In this document: positions 51,501-62,706 of the stretch, in pieces
Position numbering within the stretch: the first letter of the stretch is position 1
How the letters are laid out: every line of letters begins with the position of its first letter
Origin: Antedon mediterranea
Taxonomy: Eukaryota; Animalia; Echinodermata
Reading direction: 5' to 3'
DNA: 64,000 nt
Assembly (NCBI RefSeq): GCF_964355755.1
Contig: NC_092673.1
Coordinates: 9,300,001 to 9,364,000 of the forward strand
Made by a program: the position numbers and the translations under genes
Notes under the pieces: model-generated
Database searches by the model: none
What the model was told of the DNA's origin: nothing
What the model saw: the letters and a program-made list of their open reading frames with translations, nothing else

Positions 51501-54500
51501 AGAATAAGAGCGATAATGTTGATCAATAATTCACATGGTTTTTAGCTCAAATTTCAGGGTTTCTCCTGTCATTGCCACATATATGACCGATTTGGCCGTA
51601 ATGTTTAGATCCTTGTAGCGGTAGTCAAATGATGCCATTGCGATCAATCACATTGTCATATTTAAAGGGGCTATGTAATACAATCTTATTTTTTTCCCTT
51701 GAAATTAGTTGATGATCTGAGACTGAGCACACAGTCACCACCTCTCCCACCAATACAAAGTAAGAATGTAGAAGTTACTGAGGAGGTAATTGAAAATATA
51801 TAAATTGTATTAAATATTCAAATTAAAGATTCATTTTGTTTTCACATCTATTAAAAGTTTCAAATTAAATTATGAAGGTTTTTGTTTTTTCCCTTTTTAG
51901 AAAGAAGATCTCACTGAGTTTGCTACTGAATTAATAAATACTGGGATAGAAGAAGAGGAAACAAAGCAAGAAGTAGCTTCTGAAATACAGGGTACCGGTA
52001 AGAATTTTTTTTATTATTAGAAAAATTCTTTATACAGTACATTAAAAGAATACTAGATATTGGTTTTCTGATGATCTTCACACACACAAGTGTGTAAATA
52101 AAATGACATGCATATGTAGTAGTATAGGATTTTAACATTGGCATGAAAACTATTACGGTTGATTACAGAAACTATAGTAGACAAATGAACATTTTAGTTT
52201 TTTTCAAGCAAATATAATACAAGGTATTCCAATGAAGTAGATTTTGTTACCGCAATTCGTGACATTTTACAAAGTGTCTTTGAAGTTAAAAATAGAAGGA
52301 ATAGTATAAGGAGGGTAGTGAAAAAGCATGTATTCTAGAAGAATCTCTACAGAGGCTTTTGACAAATAAGCTACAAAGTTCTTGACGTCTTTTAATAAGT
52401 AAAAGCTCCAGTAATTTGAGAGCTAATGATAAATTAAATTAATTGTTCTAACACAATGATTCGGGTAGGGTCCTGAAGAGCTGTACACAATATGTTTATG
52501 TTTAATTTGTTAATAATTAAACATAAAATGGTTTTGTAATGTCTTTAAACTTGATAGGAATATTCCATTTTAGCTAACTGTATATTTACAAGGCCTAGGC
52601 CTAAGTGATATATTTTAATGCCAAGGCAGACTTCCCTTATTTACATAAGGAGGGAGTGTTGACAAAGTGCGAGGAACGCGATGCACGCCACATATTTGGG
52701 CGAGGCATCATTTTCTCCTTTCCAAAATTGCGAGGCTTGGGAGGCATAGTTTACAATTTCAAAAAAGTGCGAGGCATATCTTAATGTGCTATTATACTAT
52801 ATTATAGGCCTAATAATCAATTATTTATATTTTTTTAATAGATTCGTGTAAACACTCATCATGTTTATTTTTATGTGTGTTACGATTGTTTTTGTATTTC
52901 ATTCAAGTCACATTGTGTCAAATTGAGTGATTGAGTTTACTTTTACAAAAGTAAAAAACTGTTGCTGTTCAAGTTGTCTGTGTTTGTAGTTTGCATCCGT
53001 ATGCGCCATTTTTTGTTCTCCGACTGACTGCTAGCTTGATTGGTATTTCGAGCGTGTTCACTTTACAATTAATTTAACATCTTGAACATAGCACAGTGAA
53101 AATAATATTGTGTCACACGTATTGCGCATGGTTTCAGTAAGTCACATACTTCTCTCTGAGCGGCATGCAAAGACTTTTTTGACATTCCATTCTCTAGAAA
53201 ATCAACACATGTACCTCTCTTGCAAATAAAGTGAACAGCGATGGCCAGGGAAAGTTCATTAACTGGCGGTGAATAAAAAGGTAACTGGTATGCCGATCAA
53301 ATAACATGCCACAAAGAATACAATTGAGAATTCTGGAGCGTGTGTGAAAAAGTCTGACATCGTAATACTATAGGCCTAAAATTAAAATTTAGCTCATATG
53401 CTTAGCACTAACATAGAGGCCTATGTAGAAAATAATTTAATCAATTTTTGATATAATAATTCGTAATATATCTGTTTTAGTAGGCTACGAACGATTTTTA
53501 TTTATTGTTGGCGCTCGTTTCCTTCGCATGTATTTTGACTCTAAATTTGATAACTAACTTTATCGTGTGAATACCACACCTTAGAATTATGCCTCATAAG
53601 TACTTTTATGAAGAAGAATCACATAAAAAGTAACAAATAATTAAATCCTTAAATTAATGATTTTAGAGAAGTGTTTCTCGCACACTGTTCGCAAATTTCG
53701 CATATTCAGTGTTTGTTTCTATGGAGCACCGAAAGAGCAATGATAATAGTAATAAAAACTCTGTGGAATTTGTAATTATAAATGCATTTATTGATGAAAT
53801 ACACGTTTAATTTCAATTATTTTGATTATCTGTCAAAAAGATGCTGTAACATGTTGCTGATACTGTTTTGTTTTCAAAGAATAATAATCAATCCTAAATC
53901 AACATCACTACCTAGCCTAGGAAACCACATAAAAATAATAATAAAAATACACTTTTTTGCCTGTATCTAATTAAGTTTTAATTTTGAATTTGAATTTTGA
54001 ATTCTTTATTTAGTAATCAAGGTTAAAAAACAATAAAAAAAAACAATGCAAAAAAAAGCCATAATAATTTGAAAATAGTCTTATTTTATAAATAATTAAA
54101 TTTTCTTTATATCAAAAAAATATAAACTTTATATTAAATACACATAATTCTGATAAATTCATGTGAAGTGCTTAAAATCAGCAAATATAACACATTTTAA
54201 TATTTAACAAATGCTAGTGATGTTAATAAATTACAAAGTTAGTGATCATAAATAGAATTCTTTTACATTTCTATATTTTAAAGGGGCGGATTTAGGGGGG
54301 GGGGGGGGCGGCGCCAGGTTGGCCTTATTATATTATATATATTATGCACCCATTTACATACGATTTTACAGGAAAAGGGGGTACAAATCAACATTAAAAA
54401 TTGTTAAAATCTTCAATTGTTTTAAAAAAGTTGAACCGGGTTTAACTTCAACGTTATGATCGGTAAAACTGACTGACCAATCAAATAGTTCATAAATTAC

Positions 54501-57500
54501 GTCATCATTGTTTGTGAAAAAATACGTTCGCGCTGACAATTCTTGATTTTTTAAAACTCGACGATGTTTTTTGTACTCTGATATTTCAAAATAACAAGTG
54601 TAAGTAAACCTAAATTTTAATATAAAAACAATTAAATTTAATGCTTGTCTTTAGTGTAAAGACTAGATTAAGATATCAGCGAAAATGTGTCCTAGGACGG
54701 CTAGGTTGAAGCATCAAAACCGGTAACTTTTTCAATTTTCACACGGGCCCGGCTGCGCGTGATCGGCCTTGGCTTTGCAAAACTTCAGGTCCATGTGTCC
54801 CAGCAACGTCGAAAAAACCAAGAAACCAATAACGAACGCGTACAAAATGTGTAAAAATTCGCAACCCAATTCCGTATATTAAATATGGTCTATAAAACCC
54901 ACTATATTCAGATAATTATATGACAAGAATCGACTTGCCAAAACGCCTCAGATGCTATCTCCGGGCGTCTAGGAAAAGAATTTCCAGGGGAGCATCCCAT
55001 GCATGCTCAAACCCCCTAGTTTATTTTTTCCATATCCGCCCCTCCCCCCCCTTTTTTCAAAATCCTAGATCCGCCCTTGTTTTATATCGGTAAAATATAA
55101 GATTTGACTCGGGAATGATATTTTGGTCTTGTGAATATATTTCCCGAAGCTTGAGCTTTGGGAAATATATATTCTCCCGAACAAAATATTATTCCCTCGG
55201 GGATGTGAAATCCTATATTTCACCTATATAAGCAGGCAATATCTGTATAATAAGAATTTTTTAAAAATTTGTATTTTTTAGTTGTTGAAGACATAATAGA
55301 GAAGACAAAAGCTTGTAATACAGGTGAAAATGACAAAACTCTGCCTGATACAGAAGGTAAACACAATTTCAATATACCCTCTTCAATAATGGATTCTTCA
55401 AACATATTTTTCCCCCTACAGCAGCTACTGTTTTTATTGATAGAAAATACAAGAACATTGATATTTAAATTTACACTTTATTTAAACATCGCACAGCCTG
55501 TATATACTGTACTTTTTTAGTTAATAAGCCTCACATCTTGCTAGGCCTGCTAGCCTGGCCAGGCCTAGCTAGTGACCACCTGCATGCTGTACAGTAAAGT
55601 AGGCAAATACGGCAGCCTTTTTAGCTATGATTTACGTAATTGGGAGTCAACCTAATGTAACACTCTGACCATCAGGTCAACAACCCTTTTTCACTATTTC
55701 TCCCTACTCCATCTATTAACATTCCTAGTGGTTTCTTCCTATCCCTAGGTACTCTTTATTCACTCTCCTATAACCCACATCCTTAATCAATTACTGTTTC
55801 CTCATCATCATGGAATGTTCCCTTTACTAAATAGTCCCCTCCCAGTACATGCATATTAATTAGGACCGTTCCTTAAAATATGGATGTACTGGTAAGAGGA
55901 GAGAAGAGAAGGAAAAGAGCTTGGTAGAATAAAACATTTATAATAGAGAGAAGAAAAGGTATGTAATATAGCCAGAACAGACTGTATTACATTGCATATT
56001 TAAATAAAACTGTATCTGACCATAAACCATATTTGCTGTTGTACATTTTGTGACTGTGTGAAATCCTGCCACTGAGACTATATGGTATAGTAACGGATAC
56101 ACTAAAATTACACCGTTACACTAAGGTCAACCTGGATTTTACGAATCCCATGTTACACACGCCTTTTGATCCCGTACCGTACGTAAAATGAAGGTTCTAC
56201 TGTATTGATATTATAAGTGGAAATGGTAGGTTGAGAAATACCACACCTTAGAATTATGCCTCATAAGTACTTTTATGAAGAAGAATCACATAAAAAGTAA
56301 CAAATAATTAAATCCTTAAATTAATGATTTTAGAGACGTGTTTCACAAATTTCGCATATTCAATGTTCAATATTTTTGTTCTTATGGAGCGCCGAAAGAG
56401 CAATGATAATAGAGGACTAAAACTCAGTGAAATTCGTAAATTCTAATTTCATTTGTTGGTGAAATACACGTTTAATTAATTCCCGACGCTTTCGCTTTGC
56501 AAAATATTATTCCCTCGGAGATGTCAAATCCTATATTTCACCTCTAAGCAGGCACTATCTGTATAATAAGAATTTAAATAAAATTTGTATTTTTTAGTTG
56601 TTGAAGACATAATAGAGAAGACAGAAGCTTGTAATACAGGTGAAAATGACAAAACTCTGCCTGATACAGAAGGTAAACACAATTTCAATATACCCTCTTC
56701 AATAATGGATTCTTATTTTTTATTATATTTTTCAGCTTTATAGTGCTACGTGTACAGTGTTAGAAACTCATTATTTAAATCTATTCTGGAATGTTGAGTC
56801 TATTGTGTTTATGGTAATATTGATATTATAAGTATATATATTGACCTTGTAAATATGGCGCCCTCTGGAGTTATCAAAGTCACTTATTGTATATGTCCTG
56901 GAGTACGGCAAAATAAACAGTCCCTGTCATTAAACATATATAATCCAGCAAATCCTTGAAGAGTTTGATATTGACTGAGTAACTTGGTACGCACTGTGCA
57001 CTGAACATCTGGTGATTCGACTCGTAGAAGACAAATTATTATCTGACCTACTAGTAATATTATTATTAGTGTAGGATTATTGATTGAAATTTGTATGTTC
57101 ATTTTTTTTTTATTGCCCGAGAATCATTAATTAGTAATTATCTGTATATTATTCTTCGCAAGGTATTAGTATAGGTGAATGCAACGCCTATCTAGGCAGG
57201 CTTATTTACATAAGGTGGCCAAGCTACCCGACCCAGCAGATATTCTACTGGTTGTTGTATACTGTATATAACAGATATCACCTTTTATATCTGTAAAATA
57301 TAAGATTTCCCCTCGGTAATAATGTTTTACTCTTGGGAATATATGTTTTCTGAAGCGCAATTACCTCTAAGCAGGCAATATCTGTATAATAATTAATATA
57401 GTAAAACTGTGATATTAAATTTTTGAATATACATCATTATCCCTAATTTAAATAGCACTTCTAATGGAAGAAACAAGCATTAGAGATAGTTCGCATTTGG

Positions 57501-60500
57501 CGTTTCATAGAAAATAACGTTTTTCTGGTCTAATCCATTTTAATGTACTTATTTGATTGTAGACAAACAGCAAAATGATAATAAAGAGGGTTTGTCGGAG
57601 GAAAAATCAGCTGCCTCTGCTTTGAAGGATGTTAAAGTCATATTTGTTATTGGTATGTTTAATACATTCTGTTACTAACACATAATGTGATATCAATACT
57701 ATACAATGTACAATAGTTTGTATTTATGATGTGTAGACGTATTTGATTTAAATCAAACCCAGTTGTGTTAAATAATTAACTTAAATTATTGGTTTGTCCA
57801 TGAGCACTATGTTTATTAGGCTATATGCATTATCATGCATATAACCTATTGATTCTGTCAGAATCTTTATTTATTTATTTATTCTTTCCTTTGCACTATT
57901 TTTCTGTCAATTATCTTGATATCAGTTACATCTAGCTAGGTCATATTTCATAATATTGCAATACAATTACATTTGTAGCGCATATAACGCATGCATAAAT
58001 GCGCTTACAATTTTCAAAACTTATTTTCGATGAAATTCGAGTACGTTTCAGGCAATTTTAAGTGTTTAAAAAATTGCCATGAGGCCGCAGATCTTTTGCA
58101 TGTGCACTGTGTGTTGAACGTTAATGCGCACTCTTTTTGTCTGATTTATTATTTAATAATATAATATTTTATTCACTTTTCAACACGAAATTGCGTTATA
58201 CGAGAACGTCAAAAGTGACAGTGAGACATGACATGACATGTGAGAATAACACAATGGTGAAAATATGCTAAATTTTAAAATTAATATAGGTCGTCAGAAT
58301 GCTCGGGAACACCTATTTTTCATTTCATTTTCTTGAAGTCTATGTATCACTATCATATGTATGATTTATTATGAAATTAAGAAAACAAAAGTTGAGTCAT
58401 TATTAATTGTATATTAAATTTTAACAAATTTATTTCGACAATCAAACAAGTTATGACATTTCTTAGGCCGAAATAACAAACTTAACATTAACTTTCTTTC
58501 ATCTGTTTGACAGTGCTTCATTTTTAATTTTTAAAGATGTCATTATAGTAGAAAATTATAATTTATTGCAGTTTGTAATTTCTATCTGCACAAAAGTGGT
58601 TACTGCATAGTATAGTCAGTTGTGTATGGCTCCATGGTCTCATGTGCTAGTGTCTATGGCATTCAAGGTACCGAGATCGAGTCTCACCTTGGGAAACGAA
58701 ACGAAATTAGATTTTTATTTATTATCCGTATTGTTTGTTCAATTTTATTTCTTAGGGCGTGTTTCTGCTAACAATACTTCTTGGGTGGTCGTGTTAAAAT
58801 TCATCCTTTTTACCCAAATTGCCATTCATTTAGTTGGTCGATAATTAAAAGTCGCAATAAAGGAAGTTTTACGCCTTACTTTCAACAGCCTAGTCCTCTA
58901 GTGATAGAGATGTTTTGAGAGCACAGCTATGGCCTGATGTCCCAATATCCGGGCTAAAACATCATAACTCCCCGAGTTTTTGTCTTTTGCAATGTTTTAC
59001 TGCTTTCGCAGGCTCTTCAGCTTTCAGTTTAATTGCTTTGAGGACAAAGTCTATTCTGTACTCCTTTATTTGTTTAGATATGTCTTTATAAATGTGGTTG
59101 TCCATTTAATTACCTTTTAGTTGGCCGGACATTTTAGCTTCCCCTCTCCCTCTTCCTCCCCACACAAATAAATAGTCCTCACTCGCTTTTTTGTTACTTC
59201 ATATTTTGGACGGCAGCCTCAATATTTCGTTGCCATATTTACTGGCTTACGAAAACAAATATGTGTGTATGCCCTATCCGTTTTCGTATTCATAGCATTG
59301 CGAAACCTCCCTAATAGTACCAGTAAATAAATACTTTACTTACAAAAATTAAGAAAAAATAAATTTTATTCTAAGTTAGGAAAAAATGCAGCACATTAAT
59401 TGTGATTTCTGCTTGTCAAGTGTAGATATAAACACATTTTGTTTAAATTAAATGTAGGAGGACCTGGTTCAGGAAAAGGAACACAATGTACAAAAATCAT
59501 AGAAAAGTATGGGTTTACGCATATTTCAACTGGTGATCTTTTAAGGGCAGAGGTAAATTCTGGCTCAGTACGAGGAAAACAATTGACTGAAATTATGGAA
59601 AAGGGTGAACTTGTTCCTCAGGTTTGAACACTTTTTTTTCAATATGGTTATTCTTAATTGATTTATATTTTAATAACAATTTTTAATATTGAAAAATATT
59701 TTAGTGTTTAACAACAGATGGTAGAGTATTTGTTAATTTATAATTAGTTTCTTTTTTGTGCCTTTAGCCCATTCCAATCCCAAATTCAGAGGAGTCTTTT
59801 CTTAGTACAAAATGTGAATTTTTTTTTTAAATATTCGTTATCCGCAACTTACTGTAACAGAGATCAAATTGATATACCCTCATCTTTCACACACGGTCTT
59901 CAATTAAGCTACCGACTGTAACTAAAAATTGATAATTCACAGTTTGTATCTATAATTGAACTGAAATGCATTTTACTACATTCCCAGAATATCATCTCAT
60001 TGTAAAATCATAGGTATTTTTAATTTTAAGGAAAGAGAGGTTACAAAAAACTACTGTATATTTTAGTGTGCAACTTGCAACAAGCCAAACAAACTTTTAA
60101 AACTACAGACAGTAGGCCTCTTTATTAGCTAGGCCTGTCTAATTTGTTGTGATGTTATATGATATGGCCAGTTGAAGTTAAAAAGTAGTTTTTTTATCTC
60201 TTTCGTCAAATGTTGCCCTTGTGTAAATTTATATATAGATACTTGATTTTTTTCATGCAATATGTGAGTTGTACTTTAAATTTTATCAGTGAAGGTTTTT
60301 CTCCTCCACCAGGAAACTGTTCTTCAGCTTCTGAAAGAATCAATGGAAGCCAATACTTCAAGTAATGCATTTTTAATTGATGGTTATCCTAGAGAGGTTC
60401 AACAAGGAATAGATTTTGAAAAAGAGGTACAGTAAAATCTGATTTTGGTACGTTTGACATATATATGTAATATGTTTATTTTAAAACATTATTTCAGTCT

Positions 60501-62198
60501 AAATTTTATACTGTATCGTGTCAGAATTTCTAACCCCTTTTCTGGCCTGGGTAATGTAAAGTTCAAAGTGGGATTGGTCTCTGGGTGCGTGTTTGGCACC
60601 TGCAAAAGGTTCCACTGTTTGAGTGTGTTACATGCATTAAGCATTGGCAAACACATACTTTATGACCACAATCATAGTTTTTATTTGATATATTCAATTT
60701 TAGGCCATCGTTTGCTCGGTGTGTTCGTAATTCGGAATAAGAAAAGAGAAATAAATATCAAACTGTTCAAATAAAATGTTTGCGCTACTTACGGTTATGG
60801 AATTGAAACAGTGAATTCACAAATTTACCAGTTTATATTACGTGAAAGATATTGAATTTGAAAATTGCGATGAGATGATAGCACACACAAAATCTGTACA
60901 GAAAGATATAAAGATTTATACAATAACAATAGATGATCTTTTAAGATCACTTAATAATAACTAGAGAATGGCACTCCGATAGCCTACTGTAAAAATCTCC
61001 TAAATATATATATACTTTTATGTCTTAGTGTGTGATTAGGCTAATTTCACTATAACCATGTATGCGAATTTGGTGTATTATATATATAGGTTTTTATTTA
61101 TTTATTCATAAAAAAAACACATAAATAGTACAAACAGAAGGCAGCCAACGTCTGAATAATTCTGCAAACAACGTACAAAGCAAAAATTGACGTATGTACG
61201 TAGTAAAAACAGGAGGTTAGCTGGGGCCAAAGCTTTCCTAAGAATGGAAAGGGTAAAAAGTTGTTTAGATGCATTAGAAACACATTCATTAACTTGAATG
61301 TCCCATTTAAGATCGCATTGTATTACAACCCCTAGTAATTTTAAAGACTCAACCACTTCGACACTTCCACAATAATTTGTTTCACAATAGTTTATTCGTT
61401 GATACGAATGGCATGTAAGTTCAAATCAGGTGGCTATTTTTCACTCAAGCATTGCATTTAGTACAAGACTACAATATCGCTGTGCATCAAATATCTCTTA
61501 CTTTTTGGTTTTTCTTATTTTCTTCGCTTAGCATCTTGTCCATACAACACTAGTAGTTTGCCACACCCAATCAAGTAATGCAACACTCAGCTTACTCTCA
61601 ACTCCTTGTTTCAACCTCGCGCCGTCCCCGCACACACTTTATATACCAACCCATCATTCAATAAGAGGCTGCTACGCATGAATGACTCCCCTCATACGGC
61701 ACAACGGAATAAAACTTTAAATCACTTGTGATTTGAAGGGTGGGTTCAAGGTCCACCTGATAATAAGTGTTTTCAATGTACTTTAGTACAAGGAAAAGTA
61801 AAGTAAGTACAAAATTATGTCAGGGTAGGGCAAACATCTATGACGCAAAGCTACTTCACAGTACTATCATCCTCAATATTGCTTTCCTTCTGACTAATTT
61901 GTAAGTTGTTTCCATACTGCTTAAATAATCCATTTCAAATTTACCAGTAATACATACGTCTCTACAAATGAGGTTTTATTGGAATTAATTTTTTTATAAT
62001 TATTAGATTACAGAATGTCAGTTTACACTTTACTTTGATGTGTCAGATGAAGAAATGACAAAAAGATTACTCAAGCGTGGTGAAACAAGTGGTAGGTCTG
62101 ATGACAATGAAGAGACCATTAAGAAACGACTAGCAGTATTTCATGAACACACCACATCAGTTATTGGTTATTATGAGGAGAAAAGCAAAATAAAGAAG
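15451..62198 (+). CDS. AK5: Adenylate kinase 5-like (Dpy-30/RIIa-type dimerization domain + two AK domains); 14 exons seen, 3' end probably beyond window
   Basis: N-terminus [42 protein letters not shown] resembles vertebrate AK5 as I recall it (YLARREIPQLFESLLNGLM..KPEDP); DADRDED motif ends domain 1; all introns GT-AG with compatible phases. Confidence 0.88.
15520..15927. repeat. CTAG/AGGCCT low-complexity palindromic tract at start of intron 1 (continues ~19998-20150)
   Basis: Dense irregular TAGGCCTA, CTAG and TAGCCTA words. Confidence 0.85.
15928..19997. mobile_element. ~4-kb TIR element with subterminal GGTCCGG repeats (MULE-like, TSD not resolved)
   Basis: ~15928-16190 is an inverted copy of ~19730-19997; it splits the CTAG tract. 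Confidence 0.7.
17770..18336 (-). pseudogene. LINE APE endonuclease fragment
   Basis: [11 protein letters not shown]...LLGDFNIDY, then PTRVT-like and LSDHF motifs in degraded frames. Confidence 0.8.
20440..20856 (-). mobile_element. RTE-type LINE 3' fragment
   Basis: Minus strand reads [16 protein letters not shown]...[28 protein letters not shown]. Confidence 0.8.
21728..24911. mobile_element. Non-autonomous Academ-type element, TAG...CTA termini, 3-bp TSD CAT, TIRs of roughly 1 kb built from ~280-bp subrepeats
   Basis: CAT|TAGTCCAGGAGTATTAGA ... TCTAATACTCCTGGACTA|CAT; ~21728-22850 mirrors ~23980-24911. Confidence 0.88.
24608..28281. repeat. ~3.7-kb near-perfect palindrome (arms ~1.83 kb, 3-nt loop at 26440-26442)
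   Basis: ...GATAAAAATG-CCA-CATTTTTATC... at centre; arms match by eye apart from a 7-nt indel near 26605. Confidence 0.93.
24921..25281 (-). mobile_element. CR1/L2-type LINE 3' end with (AATC)n tail; mirrored at ~27608-27968
   Basis: Minus strand [18 protein letters not shown]..., AATAAA and AATC repeats. Confidence 0.7.
28261..28998 (+). repeat. Direct copy of 22021-22758 (left TIR of the Academ MITE)
   Basis: Line-by-line identity at offset 6240. Confidence 0.92.
28999..29645 (-). pseudogene. CR1/L2-type reverse transcriptase fragment
   Basis: [32 protein letters not shown]. Confidence 0.92.
29690..30520 (-). mobile_element. MULE (Mutator-like) transposon remnant: TIR plus intron-containing transposase fragments
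   Basis: GCLFHFTK (CxxH motif), [16 protein letters not shown] and, after a frameshift, [31 protein letters not shown] (catalytic Glu region); terminus GGGTGTCACGAAACCTAAGACC at 30520; same terminus at 12383-12464. Confidence 0.8.
30730..31137 (-). mobile_element. CR1/L2-type LINE 3' fragment
   Basis: [32 protein letters not shown], similar to the end of ORF 3315-6044. Confidence 0.75.
31138..31554. mobile_element. MITE with GGACGATTCGGCCC subterminal repeats
   Basis: GGTTCCAGGACGATTCGGCCCTGAGAC / GTCTCAGAGCCAAATCGTCCCGTTACC; flanks CTTCTTAT / CTTCTTTT. Confidence 0.6.
31710..32117. mobile_element. Harbinger-type MITE
   Basis: TACCCTTTTTACACAGCC / GGCAGTGTAAAAGGGGTA, flanks CTA/TTA. Confidence 0.65.
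32811..32855 (+). ncRNA. Minimal type-I hammerhead ribozyme core, probably from a Penelope-like element terminal repeat; stem I degraded
   Basis: CTGATGA (32817-32823), A, stem II GGGC/GCCC with 9-nt loop, GAAA (32842-32845), palindromic AGCT stem III, cleavage triplet CTC. Confidence 0.6.
33562..37064. mobile_element. TA-flanked Tc1/mariner-superfamily MITE, split by an RTE LINE
   Basis: TA|CCGTAAATCTTCTAAT ... ATTAGAAGATTTACGG|TA; internal CTAATAGTAACCC repeats on both sides of the LINE. Confidence 0.8.
33937..36994 (-). mobile_element. RTE-type LINE with inverted 5' half (RT on minus 33937-35251; 5'UTR + APE on plus 35252-36994)
   Basis: TSD TCTAATAGTAA at 33926-33936 and 36995-37005. 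Minus: [32 protein letters not shown]. Plus: LNVRG, HGVGIL, AYAPT, GDMNAK, NQIDYIL, TDHRLV, KSPGSD. Several frameshifts/stops. Confidence 0.92.
38578..39636 (-). mobile_element. Degraded LINE 5' portion (APE remnant, ~36-bp tandem repeats at ~39020-39310)
   Basis: Minus strand [30 protein letters not shown]; repeat unit GTTGAAATTCCACCAAAAGGCTTCGTTGTAAAAAC. The 5' boundary is a guess. Confidence 0.6.
39709..40003 (+). CDS. AK5: AK5-like exon 2 (rest of dimerization domain, Pro-rich linker, start of AK domain 1)
   Basis: TTTCAG|[14 protein letters not shown]...WNTFV...SPLPPI x2...YVFVIG|GTAAGT, phases 0/1. Confidence 0.92.
40447..43170 (+). pseudogene. Tc1/IS630-like transposase N-terminal (HTH) remnant, split by an insertion
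   Basis: [11 protein letters not shown]...[11 protein letters not shown]...RPSK...LDNVMEAD // [10 protein letters not shown]...[12 protein letters not shown] and, frameshifted, [16 protein letters not shown]. Confidence 0.6.
40690..42936. mobile_element. 2.2-kb TIR element of uncertain superfamily
   Basis: TAGGCGCAGGAGCCCCGGATAGCGTTA / TAACGCTATCCGGGGCTCCTGTGCCTA; TSD ambiguous (AT, or TTA/TAA). Confidence 0.75.
44855..45515. mobile_element. Harbinger-type MITE, diverged
   Basis: GGGTATGTTTAGACTTGCGGC / GCCGTGAGTCTGAACATACTC, flanks TTA/CTA. Confidence 0.55.
47082..47254 (+). CDS. AK5: AK5-like exon 3 (degenerate P-loop, NMP-binding region of domain 1)
   Basis: TTTCAG|(G)[13 protein letters not shown]...HVSTGKIIR...VEEGQLIPE|GTAATA, phases 1/0. 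Confidence 0.9.
47537..47662 (+). CDS. AK5: AK5-like exon 4
   Basis: [14 protein letters not shown]...[20 protein letters not shown]|GTAAGT, phases 0/0. Confidence 0.9.
47804..48500 (-). mobile_element. Possible non-autonomous Helitron-like repeat (related fragment at ~60960-61080)
   Basis: CTAG|T terminus on minus strand with adjacent hairpin CACTC-CGA-GAGTG; other end undefined. Confidence 0.35.
48590..49644 (+). mobile_element. L1/Tx1-type LINE 3' fragment with poly(A)
   Basis: [30 protein letters not shown]...HMFFEC (C-terminal zinc-binding motif), AATAAA plus A-run at ~49631-49644. Confidence 0.85.
50100..50510 (+). pseudogene. RTE-type RT fragment
   Basis: [46 protein letters not shown]. 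Confidence 0.75.
50865..51041 (+). CDS. AK5: AK5-like exon 5 (LID region of domain 1, degenerate)
   Basis: TTTAG|[42 protein letters not shown]...KDLKK|GTTTAA, phases 0/0. Confidence 0.85.
51361..51451 (+). CDS. AK5: AK5-like exon 6
   Basis: [22 protein letters not shown]..., phases 0/1. Confidence 0.88.
51709..51785 (+). CDS. AK5: AK5-like exon 7 (linker)
   Basis: [26 protein letters not shown]|GTAATT, phases 1/0. Confidence 0.7.
51901..51997 (+). CDS. AK5: AK5-like exon 8 (acidic linker)
   Basis: Strong pyrimidine tract; [32 protein letters not shown]|GTAAGA, phases 0/1. Confidence 0.72.
54281..55079. mobile_element. hAT-like MITE
   Basis: AAGGGGCGGATTTAGG / CCTAGATCCGCCCTTG termini; TSD not recovered. 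Confidence 0.5.
55282..55356 (+). CDS. AK5: AK5-like exon 9a (75-nt symmetric linker exon)
   Basis: TTTTAG|[25 protein letters not shown]|GTAAAC, phases 1/1. Confidence 0.7.
56598..56672 (+). CDS. AK5: AK5-like exon 9b (duplicate of 9a, one K>E change)
   Basis: 74/75 nt identical to 55282-55356, splice sites intact. Confidence 0.68.
57563..57652 (+). CDS. AK5: AK5-like exon 10 (start of AK domain 2)
   Basis: [31 protein letters not shown]|GTATGT, phases 1/1. Confidence 0.88.
59458..59621 (+). CDS. AK5: AK5-like exon 11 (canonical P-loop)
   Basis: [11 protein letters not shown]...[12 protein letters not shown]...MEKGELVPQ, phases 1/0. Confidence 0.95.
60313..60426 (+). CDS. AK5: AK5-like exon 12
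   Basis: [11 protein letters not shown]...[19 protein letters not shown], phases 0/0. Confidence 0.95.
61095..61420 (-). mobile_element. CR1/L2-type LINE fragment
   Basis: [21 protein letters not shown]...ASKQLFTL. Confidence 0.7.
62007..62198 (+). CDS. AK5: AK5-like exon 13 (canonical LID)
   Basis: [34 protein letters not shown]...[10 protein letters not shown]|GTAACT, phases 0/0. Confidence 0.95.
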
Positions 62199-62706
62199 GT
62201 AACTAATACTGTGGATTCTCTATTTTACAAACCAAATGAGACCAATGGTCCCATTCCCTACATTTTTTTTAAAGTCACAAACTACATTTTATGTAGCAAT
62301 AAATACTATATGGTCCTATTGCGATAACTTTTTTCATCTTTAAATGGTTTTAACCGTTTAAAAATAAGTTGATTCTAATAATTTAAGCAGCCCGCTATAA
62401 ATCCCAACATGCATTGTGCACGGATTGATATTCTCGTTTCTGTTCTCGTTCTTCTGTGATTCACCCACTTTTTCGATCGATCACGAAAGCAAAACAAATG
62501 GAATAACCATAACTTTGCAGCCAAAATACCCGGTTTTCCCTATAGCTAGCATATGACTTTCGTACATTACCGAGTTTACTAGTCCTATGCCTACAAAATT
62601 AAGCCTAGCAAGGCCTAAAGACCGTCCACGGGAGGACATTCAACGCGAGCTATTTAGGTAGTGAATTGTTTCTATATCAACGTACATATTATGACCTGGT
62701 TTAATG

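Noticed and set aside
51760-51765. Alternative donor GTAAGA in exon 7
   Set aside because: Gives phase 1, incompatible with exon 8 (phase 0); usable only if exon 8 is skipped, which cannot be shown here.
58620-58700. tRNA-like A/B box sequence
   Set aside because: No cloverleaf; at most a decayed SINE head.
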